NCBI GenBank assembly: GCA_026003895.1
Contig: BPIC01000003.1
Location: forward strand, 175,148 to 239,147
Direction: 5' to 3'
DNA length: 64,000 bases
Source of the DNA: Dehalococcoidia bacterium
GTDB taxonomy: Bacteria > Chloroflexota > Dehalococcoidia > SpSt-223
This document shows positions 43,803-53,384 of this stretch, piece by piece (position 1 is the first letter of the stretch; each line of letters opens with the position of its first letter). The notes below the pieces were generated by a model, which was not told the DNA's origin, did not search any database, and saw only the letters and a program-made list of their open reading frames with translations. Both the position numbers and the translations under genes were made by a program.

Positions 43803-45089
43803 ATGGACGCTCGGCGATTGTTCCTTGGAGGTGCCTTCGGGCTTGCCGCCCTCGCGGTGGGCATGCTGTTGGGATCGACCTTGCCGGCGCTCGCCGCGCC
43901 CACGGGAGTCGTCTTGGCCGCGCCGGCCGCTGACGGCTTCACCTATCAAGGGCGCTTGACGAACGCCGTCGGGCAGCCCGTCGCGAACGGGACGTACAGC
44001 ATCACGCTGACCGCCTACGAGACGGCAACCGGCGGTACGCCGATTGCCACCTTCGCGAGTCCGGCAACGCAGGTGATAAATGGATTGTTCACCATCGTGG
44101 CGACGGGCTTCGCCGGCATCTTCGACGGACGGGACGTTTACATCGGCGTGACGGTCGGCAACGACCCTGAGCTGGCTCCTCGCCAGCGGGTGACGCCGGT
44201 GCCATATGCGTTCAGCCTGCGACCGTCGGCGGTTATCTCGGGTGAGGCCCCGGGGTTCGGCAACGCCATTCTGACGATCCGCAACAACACCCTCGTCACC
44301 GAGCCGGGCAATTCGCTCTACGCCTCGGCGGTGCATGGCACGGCGATCTCGGGCATTGCCGATGGAACGGGTGCGCCGGGCAGCGGCTTCCGGATCGACA
44401 CCGGCAGCGGCGTCTATGGCTTCTCGAACAGCCTGAATTACACCCGGACAGCCGGGGTCGAAGGCTACGGCATCAACACCACGGGGGTGCGCGCTGTCAG
44501 CTTCGCGACGCCGGCACAGCAGCCGGGCGCAGCGGGGTTGCTCGCCATCGGCGGCTCGCCCGGCAGTCAGTCGATCGCCATCCGCGCCGCCGGCAGCGGC
44601 CGCATCCAGAGCACAGCGAGCAGCACCATCTGGGCGAACGGCATGTCGGCGGTTTCCGAGCTGCCAGATGACATGACGATGTACGTCAATTCCGCCGAGC
44701 TGGGCGGGATCTTCATTCGGCCGACGACCGTCGGGGCGCTCCACTACATTCAGATCCCGATCGACCTGCCGGGCCAGTTGTATGGGCAGAACACAACAGT
44801 GAAATCGGTCAAGGTCTTCTACCGCTCGTCCAGCAGCAGCACGTTCATCGACTCGACCTACGTGCTGAACACCGCCGACACGTTTACGTCCAACATCATG
44901 CTGTTCGACGGCACCAACCGGAATGCGACGACGGACAGCTCGTACACGCTGACGCCCGCCACGCCGCCCTCGCTCAGCAACACCGTCGGCGGGGTCACGA
45001 TCCGGCTCGGGTTGAGCTACCCCACCGTCGGCTTTGGCTCCGAGTACATCAAGCTCGGCGGCATCGCCATCGAGCTCGGGCACGAATGA
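43803..45089 (+). CDS. secreted fiber-like protein, paralog of the 35043..36428 N-terminal module
   Basis: Signal MDARRLFLGGAFGLAALAVGMLLGSTLPALA. FTYQGRLTNAVGQPVANGTYSITLTAYETATGGTPI...PRQRVTPVPYAFSL is homologous to the other copy. The C-terminal half differs (Gly/Ser/Thr-rich, ending ...IKLGGIAIELGHE). Confidence 0.65.
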   Translation: MDARRLFLGGAFGLAALAVGMLLGSTLPALAAPTGVVLAAPAADGFTYQGRLTNAVGQPVANGTYSITLTAYETATGGTPIATFASPATQVINGLFTIVATGFAGIFDGRDVYIGVTVGNDPELAPRQRVTPVPYAFSLRPSAVISGEAPGFGNAILTIRNNTLVTEPGNSLYASAVHGTAISGIADGTGAPGSGFRIDTGSGVYGFSNSLNYTRTAGVEGYGINTTGVRAVSFATPAQQPGAAGLLAIGGSPGSQSIAIRAAGSGRIQSTASSTIWANGMSAVSELPDDMTMYVNSAELGGIFIRPTTVGALHYIQIPIDLPGQLYGQNTTVKSVKVFYRSSSSSTFIDSTYVLNTADTFTSNIMLFDGTNRNATTDSSYTLTPATPPSLSNTVGGVTIRLGLSYPTVGFGSEYIKLGGIAIELGHE

Positions 45090-45397
45090 CGGAGTCCACA
45101 ATGAAGGGACGAACCGCCTTTCTCTTCGGTGCCGTTGCGCTCGGCATCGTGCTGACAGCCCCGCGCCCCGGGCTGGAAGGTTCCGCGTGGCGCGAACCCA
45201 TTTGGAGTGTCATCAGTGGCGGCGGCGGCCGCGCTAGCGGTGCAACCTACGCCGTGGATGTGGTCATCGGCCAGCCCTTCGCCGGGCCGACGACGAGCAC
45301 GAACCGCAGCGTGTTCGCCGGCTTCCTGCAGAACTTCGGCCTCGAAAGCCTCACACAGTTCGCACCATTTCTCTCGAAGAACACGTCGGGCGGGTGA
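45086..45397 (+). CDS. small secreted SGGGG-motif protein (partner of 43803..45089)
   Basis: ATGA overlap with the upstream stop. Signal KGRTAFLFGAVALGIVLTA. The motif SVISGGGGRASGATYAVDVVIGQPFAGPTTSTNRSVFAGFL is shared with ORF 34430..35020. Confidence 0.55.
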   Translation: MTESTMKGRTAFLFGAVALGIVLTAPRPGLEGSAWREPIWSVISGGGGRASGATYAVDVVIGQPFAGPTTSTNRSVFAGFLQNFGLESLTQFAPFLSKNTSGG

Positions 45398-45508
45398 GGA
45401 ACTCTTCCCCTGCCTCGTGATCTCGGGCGAAGGGCGCCCACTGCTCCAAGCTCTTGGGGCGGTGCAGGCGAGGACGCGCCGAGCGTCGCGGCCTTCGCCC
45501 CCGCACAG

Positions 45509-45538
45509 AAAAGCGGCGGACCAGCTGGTCCGCCGCTT
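45509..45538 (-). terminator. intrinsic terminator of the 45563..47125 gene (hairpin shared with the convergent + strand operon)
   Basis: Perfect 12-bp stem AAGCGGCGGACC / GGTCCGCCGCTT with loop AGCT. On the minus strand it is followed by TTTTCTGTG. Confidence 0.65.
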
Positions 45539-45562
45539 CGGCGTCTCGCGGCGCGGGCGGGG

Positions 45563-47125
45563 TCACTCGATTTTGTAGACCTCGTCGTAGGTGAAGAACG
45601 CGGGGTTGTCCCAGACGAACCCGCGCACCTTGGCGCTGGTGATGTGGAAGACCGACGAGATGATCAGGTGGATGTGGGCGACGTCGTCGTAAAAGACGCG
45701 GACGGCTCGGCGCATCAACTCGCCGCGCTTGGCCACATCTGGCTCGCCATTCGCCTGCTGCATCAAGCGGTCGAACTCGGGATTGCACCACCAGTGCAAG
45801 GCGTTGTTGCAGCTATAAAGGCCTTGAGCGTGGCTCATGAAGCCGTTGGTGTCGCTCGTCGACTGGATGAAGATATCGCCCTTCACTTGGCCGTTGCGAC
45901 CGTAGTACTTATCGAGGAACGCGGCCAGTTCATAGGGCGTCACCGCGGCTTCGACGCCAACTTCCTTCAGGTCGGCTTGGATGGCGGTAGCGATGTTCGG
46001 GTTCACCGTTTGGGGCGTGAACTCGATGCCGACCGGCAGCTTGAAGCCGTTGGGGTAGCCTGCTTCCGCGAGCAGACGCTTCGCCATCGCCGGGTCGTAG
46101 ACCGGCTTGATGTCGTCGTTCCAGCCGGGGCTCCCGGGCACCGACAGTTGGCCAGTTGCGATGGCATAACCCTTGTAGAGGTTCTTGGCGATCCCTTCGT
46201 TGTTGACCGCGTAGTTAAGCGCCCAGCGGACGCGCTTGTCTTGCAGCGGCGTGTCGCGCATCTTCATCTCGGGCTGGGAGAGCAGTGCCGAGATGTTGCT
46301 CGTGGTGCGGTACTCCACCTTGGCATCGGTGCGAGCGATTTGCTCGACGATGTCCGGGCTGAGGAGGCCTTGAATGGCGTCGAGCTCGCCGGTGCGCAGA
46401 CCGCTTGCCATCTGCGTCTGCTCGGTGATCGAGCGGATCGTCAACTCCGTCGCGATCGGCTTGCGATAGGGATGCTCGGTGGCGCGCTTCTTAAAAATAG
46501 CAATGTCGTTCGCCCGGAACTCGACCAACTCGTAGGGTCCGGATCCAATCGGCTTGACGGCGAACCCGTTCTTGCCAACCGCGTTGTAGTAGTTCTTGGG
46601 CATAATCCAGGCGTAGAGCAGACCGGGAACGACGCTGGCATCCGGCACCCGAGTGGTCACATCGACCGTGTAGTCATCGACCATCTTCGCGCCAGTTAGG
46701 TTCGTCATCTGCGACATCTGGGGCATCCGTGTCTCGACGATCAAGTTCAAGGTGAACTCGACGTCGGCAGCGGTCAGCTTGTCGCCATTCGAGAACGTCA
46801 GGTCGCGGCGAAGGGTGAAGCGCCACGTCGTCGGGTCGGGCTGGGACCAGCGCTCAGCGGCGCGGGGCTGAACGTTGTACTTTCCGTCGACCCAAACCAT
46901 CGAATCGTAGATGGCGCTATAGAGCGCGATATTGGATGCAGACGATTCCGGGCTGAGCGTGGCCGGGAGCCCAATTTGGGCGACGCGGAGAGTTTGGTTG
47001 GCGGCACGGCGCTCTTGGGGCTGCTGTGCGCCGCCGGTCTGCGCCGGCGTGGTTTGGGGCGCCGGCGCGCACGCCGCAGCGACGAGCGCCGCGACCGCGA
47101 GCAGGCCGCCAAGACGACGAACCAT
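45563..47125 (-). CDS. ABC transporter substrate-binding lipoprotein, family 5 (peptide/nickel type)
   Basis: Lipoprotein signal MVRRLGGLLAVAALVAAAC, with SBP_bac_5 blocks throughout (TWRFTLRRDLTFSNGDKLTAADVEFTL..., ...NPAFFTYDEVYKIE end). Confidence 0.85.
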   Translation of the reverse strand: MVRRLGGLLAVAALVAAACAPAPQTTPAQTGGAQQPQERRAANQTLRVAQIGLPATLSPESSASNIALYSAIYDSMVWVDGKYNVQPRAAERWSQPDPTTWRFTLRRDLTFSNGDKLTAADVEFTLNLIVETRMPQMSQMTNLTGAKMVDDYTVDVTTRVPDASVVPGLLYAWIMPKNYYNAVGKNGFAVKPIGSGPYELVEFRANDIAIFKKRATEHPYRKPIATELTIRSITEQTQMASGLRTGELDAIQGLLSPDIVEQIARTDAKVEYRTTSNISALLSQPEMKMRDTPLQDKRVRWALNYAVNNEGIAKNLYKGYAIATGQLSVPGSPGWNDDIKPVYDPAMAKRLLAEAGYPNGFKLPVGIEFTPQTVNPNIATAIQADLKEVGVEAAVTPYELAAFLDKYYGRNGQVKGDIFIQSTSDTNGFMSHAQGLYSCNNALHWWCNPEFDRLMQQANGEPDVAKRGELMRRAVRVFYDDVAHIHLIISSVFHITSAKVRGFVWDNPAFFTYDEVYKIE

Positions 47126-47231
47126 ACGGTCCTCCTTGCGTTCTCTCCTCGATCACCGGGGACAGGGGTTCGAGGCGGGCTAGAACTCCGCGCCGGGAAA
47201 ACTGTCGTGCGGAACACCGGACGCTCAATGC

Positions 47232-47261
47232 TGTATATCGCTCACCGCGCTAGGCTGTCAA
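47232..47261 (-). promoter_or_regulatory. sigma70-like promoter (TTGACA-18-TATACA) for the 45563..47125 gene
   Basis: On the minus strand, TTGACA is at 47261-47256 and TATACA at 47237-47232, about 100 nt upstream of the start codon. The region is relatively AT-rich. Confidence 0.4.
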
Positions 47262-47275
47262 CGATTTTTTCGTCG

Positions 47276-48220
47276 CTAGAAGATCGCGATCGGGTTGACG
47301 GGCGACCCGGTGCCCCGTTCTAAGATCAGCGGCGCGATGACGAGCTGAAACTCCCAGCGCCCCCGTTCGGCGCACGCCGTCGCGAGCGCCTCCAGATCGG
47401 CGTTGTCGAGCAAATGCAGCCCAATGGCCACGATCCCGACGGTGTGAATGGGCAGCCCTTGGGGAGCTTCAAAGCCGGAAGGAGTGCAATCGCTGTAGTT
47501 GTCGCCGCCGAGAATCGCGATCTTCCGTTCGTGCAGCCAAGGGAGCGTCGTCCACTCGAGCCCGGCGAGCGGCAACATCGGGACCGGACCGGGGATCGGC
47601 GGGGGCGGCGGGGCGCCGGCTCGTACCCGGGCATGCCGGCCGGTGCGCACCAGCAGGAGATCCCCTTCGCCGACGGTGACACCTTCGGCCTGCTCGGCGC
47701 GTTCGAGATCCTCGACGGTGATCGCCTCGCCCGGCTCCAGCCAGTCCACGCCACGCAGCCGCGGAATGTCGAGGAGCACGCCGCGGCCGACGATCCCGCC
47801 GCGCACGGTGTCGATGGAGCCTGCGCCTGCGCCGCGCGCCGTCACCTTCGACGCCGGCACGCCGTTGAACATTCGGCCTTTGTAGAAAATGTGGCAGAGC
47901 GCATCTAGGTGCGTGATCGTCGGGCCGTGCGGCGCAAGGGCGAACCAATCGGTCGACCCGCTCGCGTTGTCGAGGTCGCCGTCGCTCAACATATGATGAA
48001 GAACGGGAAAGGGGTTCTGCGGCCCTGGTGTGGTCGCGAGGGGCAGGGCGCACGAAACCGCGACACCGTCGCGCACGAGGGAGGCGGCGCGACGAACGTG
48101 CTCCGGCCGCAGAAAGTTCAGTGCGCCGCGCTGGTCGTCCGGTCCCCAGCGTCCCCAATTCATGCACCGCTTGAAGAGGTCGTCGAGCGCTGCCTGCGAA
48201 AGGGAACGAGCCTGGGCCAT
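47276..48220 (-). CDS. cyclase-family protein (kynurenine formamidase-like fold)
   Basis: NWGRWGPDDQRGALN start, THLDALCH metal-site-like block and GVLLDIPR, typical of PF04199-type putative cyclases. Confidence 0.75.
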   Translation of the reverse strand: MAQARSLSQAALDDLFKRCMNWGRWGPDDQRGALNFLRPEHVRRAASLVRDGVAVSCALPLATTPGPQNPFPVLHHMLSDGDLDNASGSTDWFALAPHGPTITHLDALCHIFYKGRMFNGVPASKVTARGAGAGSIDTVRGGIVGRGVLLDIPRLRGVDWLEPGEAITVEDLERAEQAEGVTVGEGDLLLVRTGRHARVRAGAPPPPPIPGPVPMLPLAGLEWTTLPWLHERKIAILGGDNYSDCTPSGFEAPQGLPIHTVGIVAIGLHLLDNADLEALATACAERGRWEFQLVIAPLILERGTGSPVNPIAIF

Positions 48221-48280
48221 GGTCTTCCTCCGCGCCTAGCATAGCAGTCCCCTTTGTCGGAGCGTGCTACCCTCCCCCCG

Positions 48281-49051
48281 ATGCTTCGCTCGGTCATCGC
48301 CACCCGCTATGTCACTCCGCTGCGTGAGGGAGGATCGCTTCCCGGCCTCGTCGAGGCAGATGACGACGGGCTGTACGTCGTGAAGTTTCGCGGCGCAGGC
48401 CAAGGGCCGAAGGCGCTGATCGCCGAGCTGATCGCCGGCGAGATCGGCCGGGCGCTCGGCCTGCCGGTGCCCGAGCTCGTCTTCGTCGATCTCGATCCGG
48501 CGCTCGGCGCTGCCGAGCCGGATTTCGAAGTGAAGGCCCTGCTCGAACAGAGCCCCGGCCTCAACCTCGGGATCGACTTTCTGCCAGGCTCGCTTCCCTT
48601 TACGCCGGCAGTCCGTCCCGGCCCAGACCCACGCCTTGCTGCCGACGTCGTCTGGTTCGACGCGCTGGTGACGAACGTCGATCGGACCCCGCGCAACCCG
48701 AACCTGCTGATGTGGCATGGCCGACTCTGGCTGATCGATCATGGCGCGGCGCTCTACATTCATCACACGTGGCACGAGCCGGCCGTTCACGCTCGCCGGC
48801 CGTTCGCGCCAATCCGCGATCATGTCTTGCTTCCCTTCGCCAGCTCGATCGAGGAGGCGGACGCGCGGCTCGCGCCACGTCTCGACGAAGCTACCCTCGC
48901 GGGGATCGTCGCCGCCGTCCCCGACGAGTGGCTCGCCGGCCATGAAGCCGCCGACCCGGCCGAGCGACGCGAGGCGTATCTCGACTACCTGCTGGCGCGC
49001 CTCGCACCGCCACGCTCCTTTGTGCTGGAGGCCGAGCGTGCCAGAACGTAA
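48281..49051 (+). CDS. HipA-like kinase family protein (partner of DUF3037)
   Basis: RYVTPLREGGSLPGLVEADDDGLYVVKFRGAGQGPKALIAELIAGEIGRALGLPVPE, TNVDRTPRNPNLLMW and LWLIDHGAALYIHH (kinase catalytic-loop/DxG-like). I recognise this family as the usual neighbour of DUF3037. Confidence 0.6.
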   Translation: MLRSVIATRYVTPLREGGSLPGLVEADDDGLYVVKFRGAGQGPKALIAELIAGEIGRALGLPVPELVFVDLDPALGAAEPDFEVKALLEQSPGLNLGIDFLPGSLPFTPAVRPGPDPRLAADVVWFDALVTNVDRTPRNPNLLMWHGRLWLIDHGAALYIHHTWHEPAVHARRPFAPIRDHVLLPFASSIEEADARLAPRLDEATLAGIVAAVPDEWLAGHEAADPAERREAYLDYLLARLAPPRSFVLEAERART

Positions 49052-49469
49052 CGTCTTCCAATATGCTGTGCTGAAGGTGGTGCCCTCGATCGAGCGGGGC
49101 GAGTGCTTTAACGCTGGGGTGGTGCTGCTCTGCCGGCCACGCCGCTTCCTCGGCGCCCGCACCTGGCTCGATCGCCGATGTCTCGCTGCGCTCGCGCCGG
49201 CGTGCGATCCCGCTCGCGTCCAAGGGTATCTCGACGCCTTGGAGCGCATTGCCGCCGGTGATCCAGAGGCCGGGCCGATCGCCCGCCTTGATCCCGCCGA
49301 GCGATTTCATTGGCTCGTCTCGCCCTCAAGCACGATCGTTCAGCCCGGCCCGGTGCACAGCGGCCTCTGCGATGACCCGGCAGCGACGCTCGATCACCTC
49401 TTCGCGACCCTCGTCCAACGCCCGGCCACCGCGCCCGAACCGACCACGCCACCGCCTGCGCCGCCCTGA
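49038..49469 (+). CDS. DUF3037 domain protein
   Basis: GTG 49038 lies 6 nt after GGAGG and overlaps the kinase gene by 14 nt. FQYAVLKVVPSIERGECFNAGVVLLC is the DUF3037 N-terminal signature. Confidence 0.65.
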   Translation: MPERNVFQYAVLKVVPSIERGECFNAGVVLLCRPRRFLGARTWLDRRCLAALAPACDPARVQGYLDALERIAAGDPEAGPIARLDPAERFHWLVSPSSTIVQPGPVHSGLCDDPAATLDHLFATLVQRPATAPEPTTPPPAPP

Positions 49470-49491
49470 GCCGCAGCGAGGAGGGAACACC

Positions 49492-50760
49492 ATGGAGTAT
49501 TTGAAGCAGGCCCGTAAATCTCGCCAAGCCAGCCGCGAGGCGGTCGCCAGCCGCGTTGCCGAGATGCTGGAACGAATTCGCCGCGAAGGCGAATCCGCGG
49601 TGCGCGCCTTCTCGCGCGAGCTCGACGGCTGGGATCCTGCGCAGTTCCGCGTGTCCGACGAGGAGATCCGCGCCGCCCGCCAGCGACTGCCCCAATCGGT
49701 TATCGAGGATATCGACTTCTGTCAGCGCCAGGTTCGTCGGTTCGCCGAGGCGCAGCGCGACAGCCTCCGCCCGTTCGAGATCGAGACCGAGCCTGGCGTC
49801 GTTCTCGGCCAGACATTGATCCCGATCGCCAACGTCGGGGCCTACATTCCCGGCGGACGGTATCCACTGGTCGCCTCAGCGCACATGAGCATTCTCACCG
49901 CCAAGGTTGCCGGAGTGGACCGGGTGGTCGCCTGCACGCCGCCCGCCCGCGACGGAATCTATCCGGCGACACTCTATGCGATGGCGGCGGCCGGCGCAGA
50001 CGAGATCTACTGTCTCGGCGGCGTCCAAGCCCTTGGAGCCATGGTGTATGGCACGTCCGAGATTGCACCGGTCGACTTCTTGGTTGGACCGGGGAACGCC
50101 TACGTTGCCGAGGCGAAACGCCAACTGTTCGGCGAGGTCGGGATCGACCTGCTCGCTGGCCCGACCGAAATCATGGTGATCGCCGACGAGAGCGCTGATC
50201 CGGTGATCGTCGCGGGCGACTTGCTCGGCCAAGCCGAGCACGGCCCGGATTCGCCGGCCGTGCTGATCACCCGCTCGCGAGACCTCGGGAACGCCGTCAT
50301 CGCCGAGGCGAGCCGCCAGCTCGAAACGCTCCCCACCGCCGAGGTCGCCCGCGCCGCTTGGAACGACCTCGGGGAGGTGATCTACGCCGAGAGCGACGAG
50401 GAGGCCGTCGCCCTCGCGAACGACTGGGCGCCCGAGCACCTAGAAGTGCAAACGCGTCATCTCGACTGGTATCAGGCGCGGTTGAAAAACTACGGCTCCC
50501 TCTTTCTTGGCGAGCATTCAACGGTTGCCCATGGGGATAAGACGATCGGCACCAACCACATCTTGCCGACCGGCCGGGCGGCGCGCTACACCGGTGGCCT
50601 CTGGGTTGGCAAGTTTCTCAAGACGGTCACCTATCAGCGTGTCGATCGCCGGGGCGGCGAACTGATCGGGCCGGTCTGCTCGCGCCAATGCCGCCTCGAA
50701 GGGATGGAAGCCCACGCGGTTTCGGTCGATCTGCGCTTGGAAAAATACGCGCGGCGCTGA
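49492..50760 (+). CDS. hisD: histidinol dehydrogenase family protein (HisD-like paralog, not in a his operon)
   Basis: ATG follows GAGGAGGGA. Blocks: YIPGGRYPLVASAHM, GGVQALGAM, GPGNAYVAEAKR, GPTEI, QAEHGPDS, APEHLE and GDKTIGTNHILPT. Confidence 0.8.
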   Translation: MEYLKQARKSRQASREAVASRVAEMLERIRREGESAVRAFSRELDGWDPAQFRVSDEEIRAARQRLPQSVIEDIDFCQRQVRRFAEAQRDSLRPFEIETEPGVVLGQTLIPIANVGAYIPGGRYPLVASAHMSILTAKVAGVDRVVACTPPARDGIYPATLYAMAAAGADEIYCLGGVQALGAMVYGTSEIAPVDFLVGPGNAYVAEAKRQLFGEVGIDLLAGPTEIMVIADESADPVIVAGDLLGQAEHGPDSPAVLITRSRDLGNAVIAEASRQLETLPTAEVARAAWNDLGEVIYAESDEEAVALANDWAPEHLEVQTRHLDWYQARLKNYGSLFLGEHSTVAHGDKTIGTNHILPTGRAARYTGGLWVGKFLKTVTYQRVDRRGGELIGPVCSRQCRLEGMEAHAVSVDLRLEKYARR

Positions 50761-50772
50761 GGGCCGCCCCAG

Positions 50773-52164
50773 CTACCACACCGGCCAGCGGGTGAAGGGC
50801 GCGACTTCGTCGCCGAGCTCGGCCCGGGCGGCAACCTGCACCATCATCCGGTTCGCCTCGAGCACCACTTCCTCCTCGTCCCAGCGGAGATGGCGGCCGC
50901 CGCGGACGATCGCCTCGCCCGCGACATAGACGCTCTCGACTTCGGCGGGAGACGCGGCCAGCACGATGTTCGAGAGCCGGCCGGTCGGCGGGTTGAGCGC
51001 CGGCCGACGCGTATCGAGCAGGATGAAGTCGGCCGCCTTGCCAACCTCCAACGAGCCGATCTCCGTTTCGCGATGCAGGGCGCGCGCCCCACCGAGCGTG
51101 CCAAGCTCGATTGCTAGCTCCGGCGAGCCGAAAGAGGGGTCGAGGTGGTGCACGCGCTGAACCAGCAGGCTGACCTTCATCAGCTCGAAGAAATTGTGAC
51201 TGTCGTTCGGCTGGTCGATGCCGAGGCCGAGGCGAACGCCCGCTTCGAGCAGCGCGCCCAGCGGCGCAACGCCGGAAGCGATCAGCATGTTGTCGACCGG
51301 GCAGTACGCGACGCCGGCGCCGCGGCGCGCGAGGGCGGCAATCTCCTCACCGGACAGCCAGACCGGGTGAAAGCCGAGGAAGCGCGAGTCGAGCACGCCC
51401 CAGTCGTCGAGCAGCAGCAGCAGCGGTCGGCCGAAGCGTTCGACTGCGTGCTCGGCCGCCTCCCGGCTATAGGAGATGTGCATCGCAAAGTGGACACCGC
51501 GCGCCCGGCTCCAGCCGGCGAGCGCCTTGAGCAGGTCCTCTTCGACGCGGTGGAGCGCCTGCGCCTCGGCGCCGATCTCGATCCGGTCGCTCGACCAGCG
51601 GGCCGTGAGCCGATCGAGCTCCTCGAGTGCCCGGTCGATCGAATCGTGGTAGCGCGGATCGAGGAAGTCGGTGCGGTTTTGCGAGGCACGGGTGAACAGG
51701 CAGCGGGCGCCCGATTCAGTGATGGCGTGCAACGTGCCGTCGAGCATCTCCTCCTTGCCGGCGAGTGCCGGTTGGCTATCGGCGAAGGTCGTCACGCCCG
51801 ACTTTTGCATCTCAAGGATCGCGAGGCGGGCACCGGCGTAGCAGGCCGCTTCGTCCATCGCCTGACGCAGCCGAGTGGAGATCATCGCGGCCGCCGACCC
51901 GCCGACGTTCACGAAGCGGTCGGCACCGACGCCGCGGACGTACCCGCCGATCAGGTGGCTGTGGGCGCTGATGAAACCGGGAAGCACAACACGCTCGCTG
52001 GCATCGATCGTCTCATCAGCAGTCAGGTCGCAGTCGGCATCTCGACCAACAGCGACGATTCGGCCGTCCTTCACCGCGAGGTAGCCGCGTCGAAAGACCC
52101 GCCGCTCTGGATCGACGGTGATCGTCAGGCCGCCACGAACGAGCAGATCGACGTGTTCGGGCAT
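50773..52164 (-). CDS. amidohydrolase (chlorohydrolase / aminohydrolase, SsnA-MtaD-AtzA-like)
   Basis: PGFISAHSHL (HxH metal site), HFAMHISYS, GVAYCPVDN and GLGIDQPNDSHN. Confidence 0.8.
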   Translation of the reverse strand: MPEHVDLLVRGGLTITVDPERRVFRRGYLAVKDGRIVAVGRDADCDLTADETIDASERVVLPGFISAHSHLIGGYVRGVGADRFVNVGGSAAAMISTRLRQAMDEAACYAGARLAILEMQKSGVTTFADSQPALAGKEEMLDGTLHAITESGARCLFTRASQNRTDFLDPRYHDSIDRALEELDRLTARWSSDRIEIGAEAQALHRVEEDLLKALAGWSRARGVHFAMHISYSREAAEHAVERFGRPLLLLLDDWGVLDSRFLGFHPVWLSGEEIAALARRGAGVAYCPVDNMLIASGVAPLGALLEAGVRLGLGIDQPNDSHNFFELMKVSLLVQRVHHLDPSFGSPELAIELGTLGGARALHRETEIGSLEVGKAADFILLDTRRPALNPPTGRLSNIVLAASPAEVESVYVAGEAIVRGGRHLRWDEEEVVLEANRMMVQVAARAELGDEVAPFTRWPVW

Positions 52165-52226
52165 GGGTTCCTCCTTCCACGCGGCTGCAGCATAGCGCGC
52201 TATGATGGCCAGCGCGGAGGGGGAGC

Positions 52227-53315
52227 ATGAAGCTCAGTATCGGAACGACGCTCTGGCGAACCCAAGCCGACGGCGACACGCGGCCCAAGCACATTCTGGA
52301 GGACTGGCACAGCGAGATCGAGCACTTGCTCTGGCAGGCGCGGATGGCCGATGTTGGCGGCTTCGAGAATCTCTGGCTGACCGAACATCATTTCTCGCAT
52401 CACTCCTCGGCCAGTGCGCCCTCGGTCATTCTTGCCGCGATGGCATCGATCACCCGCCGTATTGGCCTCGCCTACGGGATCGCCCTCTTGCCAATGCACC
52501 ACCCGGTCTTGCTGGCGGAAGAGATGATGTGGGTCGACCACCTCAGCAAGGGCCGGCTGGTAGTTGGCGTCGGGCGCGGGCATACCAACATCGAGTTTGC
52601 CGCCTTCGGCGTAACCCACGAGACCGAGCGCGACTCCTTCGTCGAAGCGCTCACGATCATCACGACGGCGTTGCGCGGCGAGCCGGTCGAGTTCCAAGGC
52701 AAAATCTGGAAGACACCCTTCCTTTATATAACGCCAGGACCGTACCAGCGACCAAGTCCGCCGCTCCATATGGTGACGACTTCCGACTGGTCGATGCGTC
52801 AAGCAGTGGCGTTTCGAGCCGCGCCGATCTTGGGGATCGACGCGCCAGCGGTGCTCAAGCAGCAGATGGAGACCTTTCGGGCGTTGTGTGTCGAAGCTGG
52901 GCTGCCGGAGGAGACGATCGAGGATCTCGCCGGCCGGGCCAAGTGCACCCGCAAGATCTCGGTCTCCGACAGCCGCGCCGAAGCAGAGGAAGAGGTGTAC
53001 CGCGGGATGGCCGAGGCAGACGAGGCGTGGTTCCGCTACTCCAAGGCGGTGGGAGACCGCTCCTTTTTCGACCCTTGGACGCCCGCCACGGCGGACTCAT
53101 TCCGCGACGGATGGAAGTCCTCGACGCCAGGCAAGGACCTTGCCCACGTTATCAGCGGGACGCCCGATGACGTCGTGGACGCGCTGCGCGCCTTGGAAGA
53201 AGAGACGGGCATTCGCCATGTCTCGACCGGTGTTTCGAACCACGGAATGCGGCGCTCGTTCGCCGAGAAACAGATGAAGCTCTTCATCGAGGAGGTCATT
53301 CCGCGCCTCAGCTAG
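52227..53315 (+). CDS. LLM-class flavin-dependent oxidoreductase
   Basis: GFENLWLTEHHF, IGLAYGIALLPMHHPVLLAEE, GRLVVGVGRG and GKIWKTP. Confidence 0.8.
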   Translation: MKLSIGTTLWRTQADGDTRPKHILEDWHSEIEHLLWQARMADVGGFENLWLTEHHFSHHSSASAPSVILAAMASITRRIGLAYGIALLPMHHPVLLAEEMMWVDHLSKGRLVVGVGRGHTNIEFAAFGVTHETERDSFVEALTIITTALRGEPVEFQGKIWKTPFLYITPGPYQRPSPPLHMVTTSDWSMRQAVAFRAAPILGIDAPAVLKQQMETFRALCVEAGLPEETIEDLAGRAKCTRKISVSDSRAEAEEEVYRGMAEADEAWFRYSKAVGDRSFFDPWTPATADSFRDGWKSSTPGKDLAHVISGTPDDVVDALRALEEETGIRHVSTGVSNHGMRRSFAEKQMKLFIEEVIPRLS

Positions 53316-53384
53316 GCCGGACGGACTCCAGCGGTTTGGTATACTGACCCTCGCCCAGTCTTCCACGCTGCCCGAAAGGACCGA

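Noticed and set aside
43731-45101. 456-aa ORF on the minus strand
   Set aside because: It is antisense to the signal-peptide-bearing fiber gene 43803..45089, which has a paralog elsewhere in the window. The antisense product is Arg/Asp/Gly-rich with no motif.
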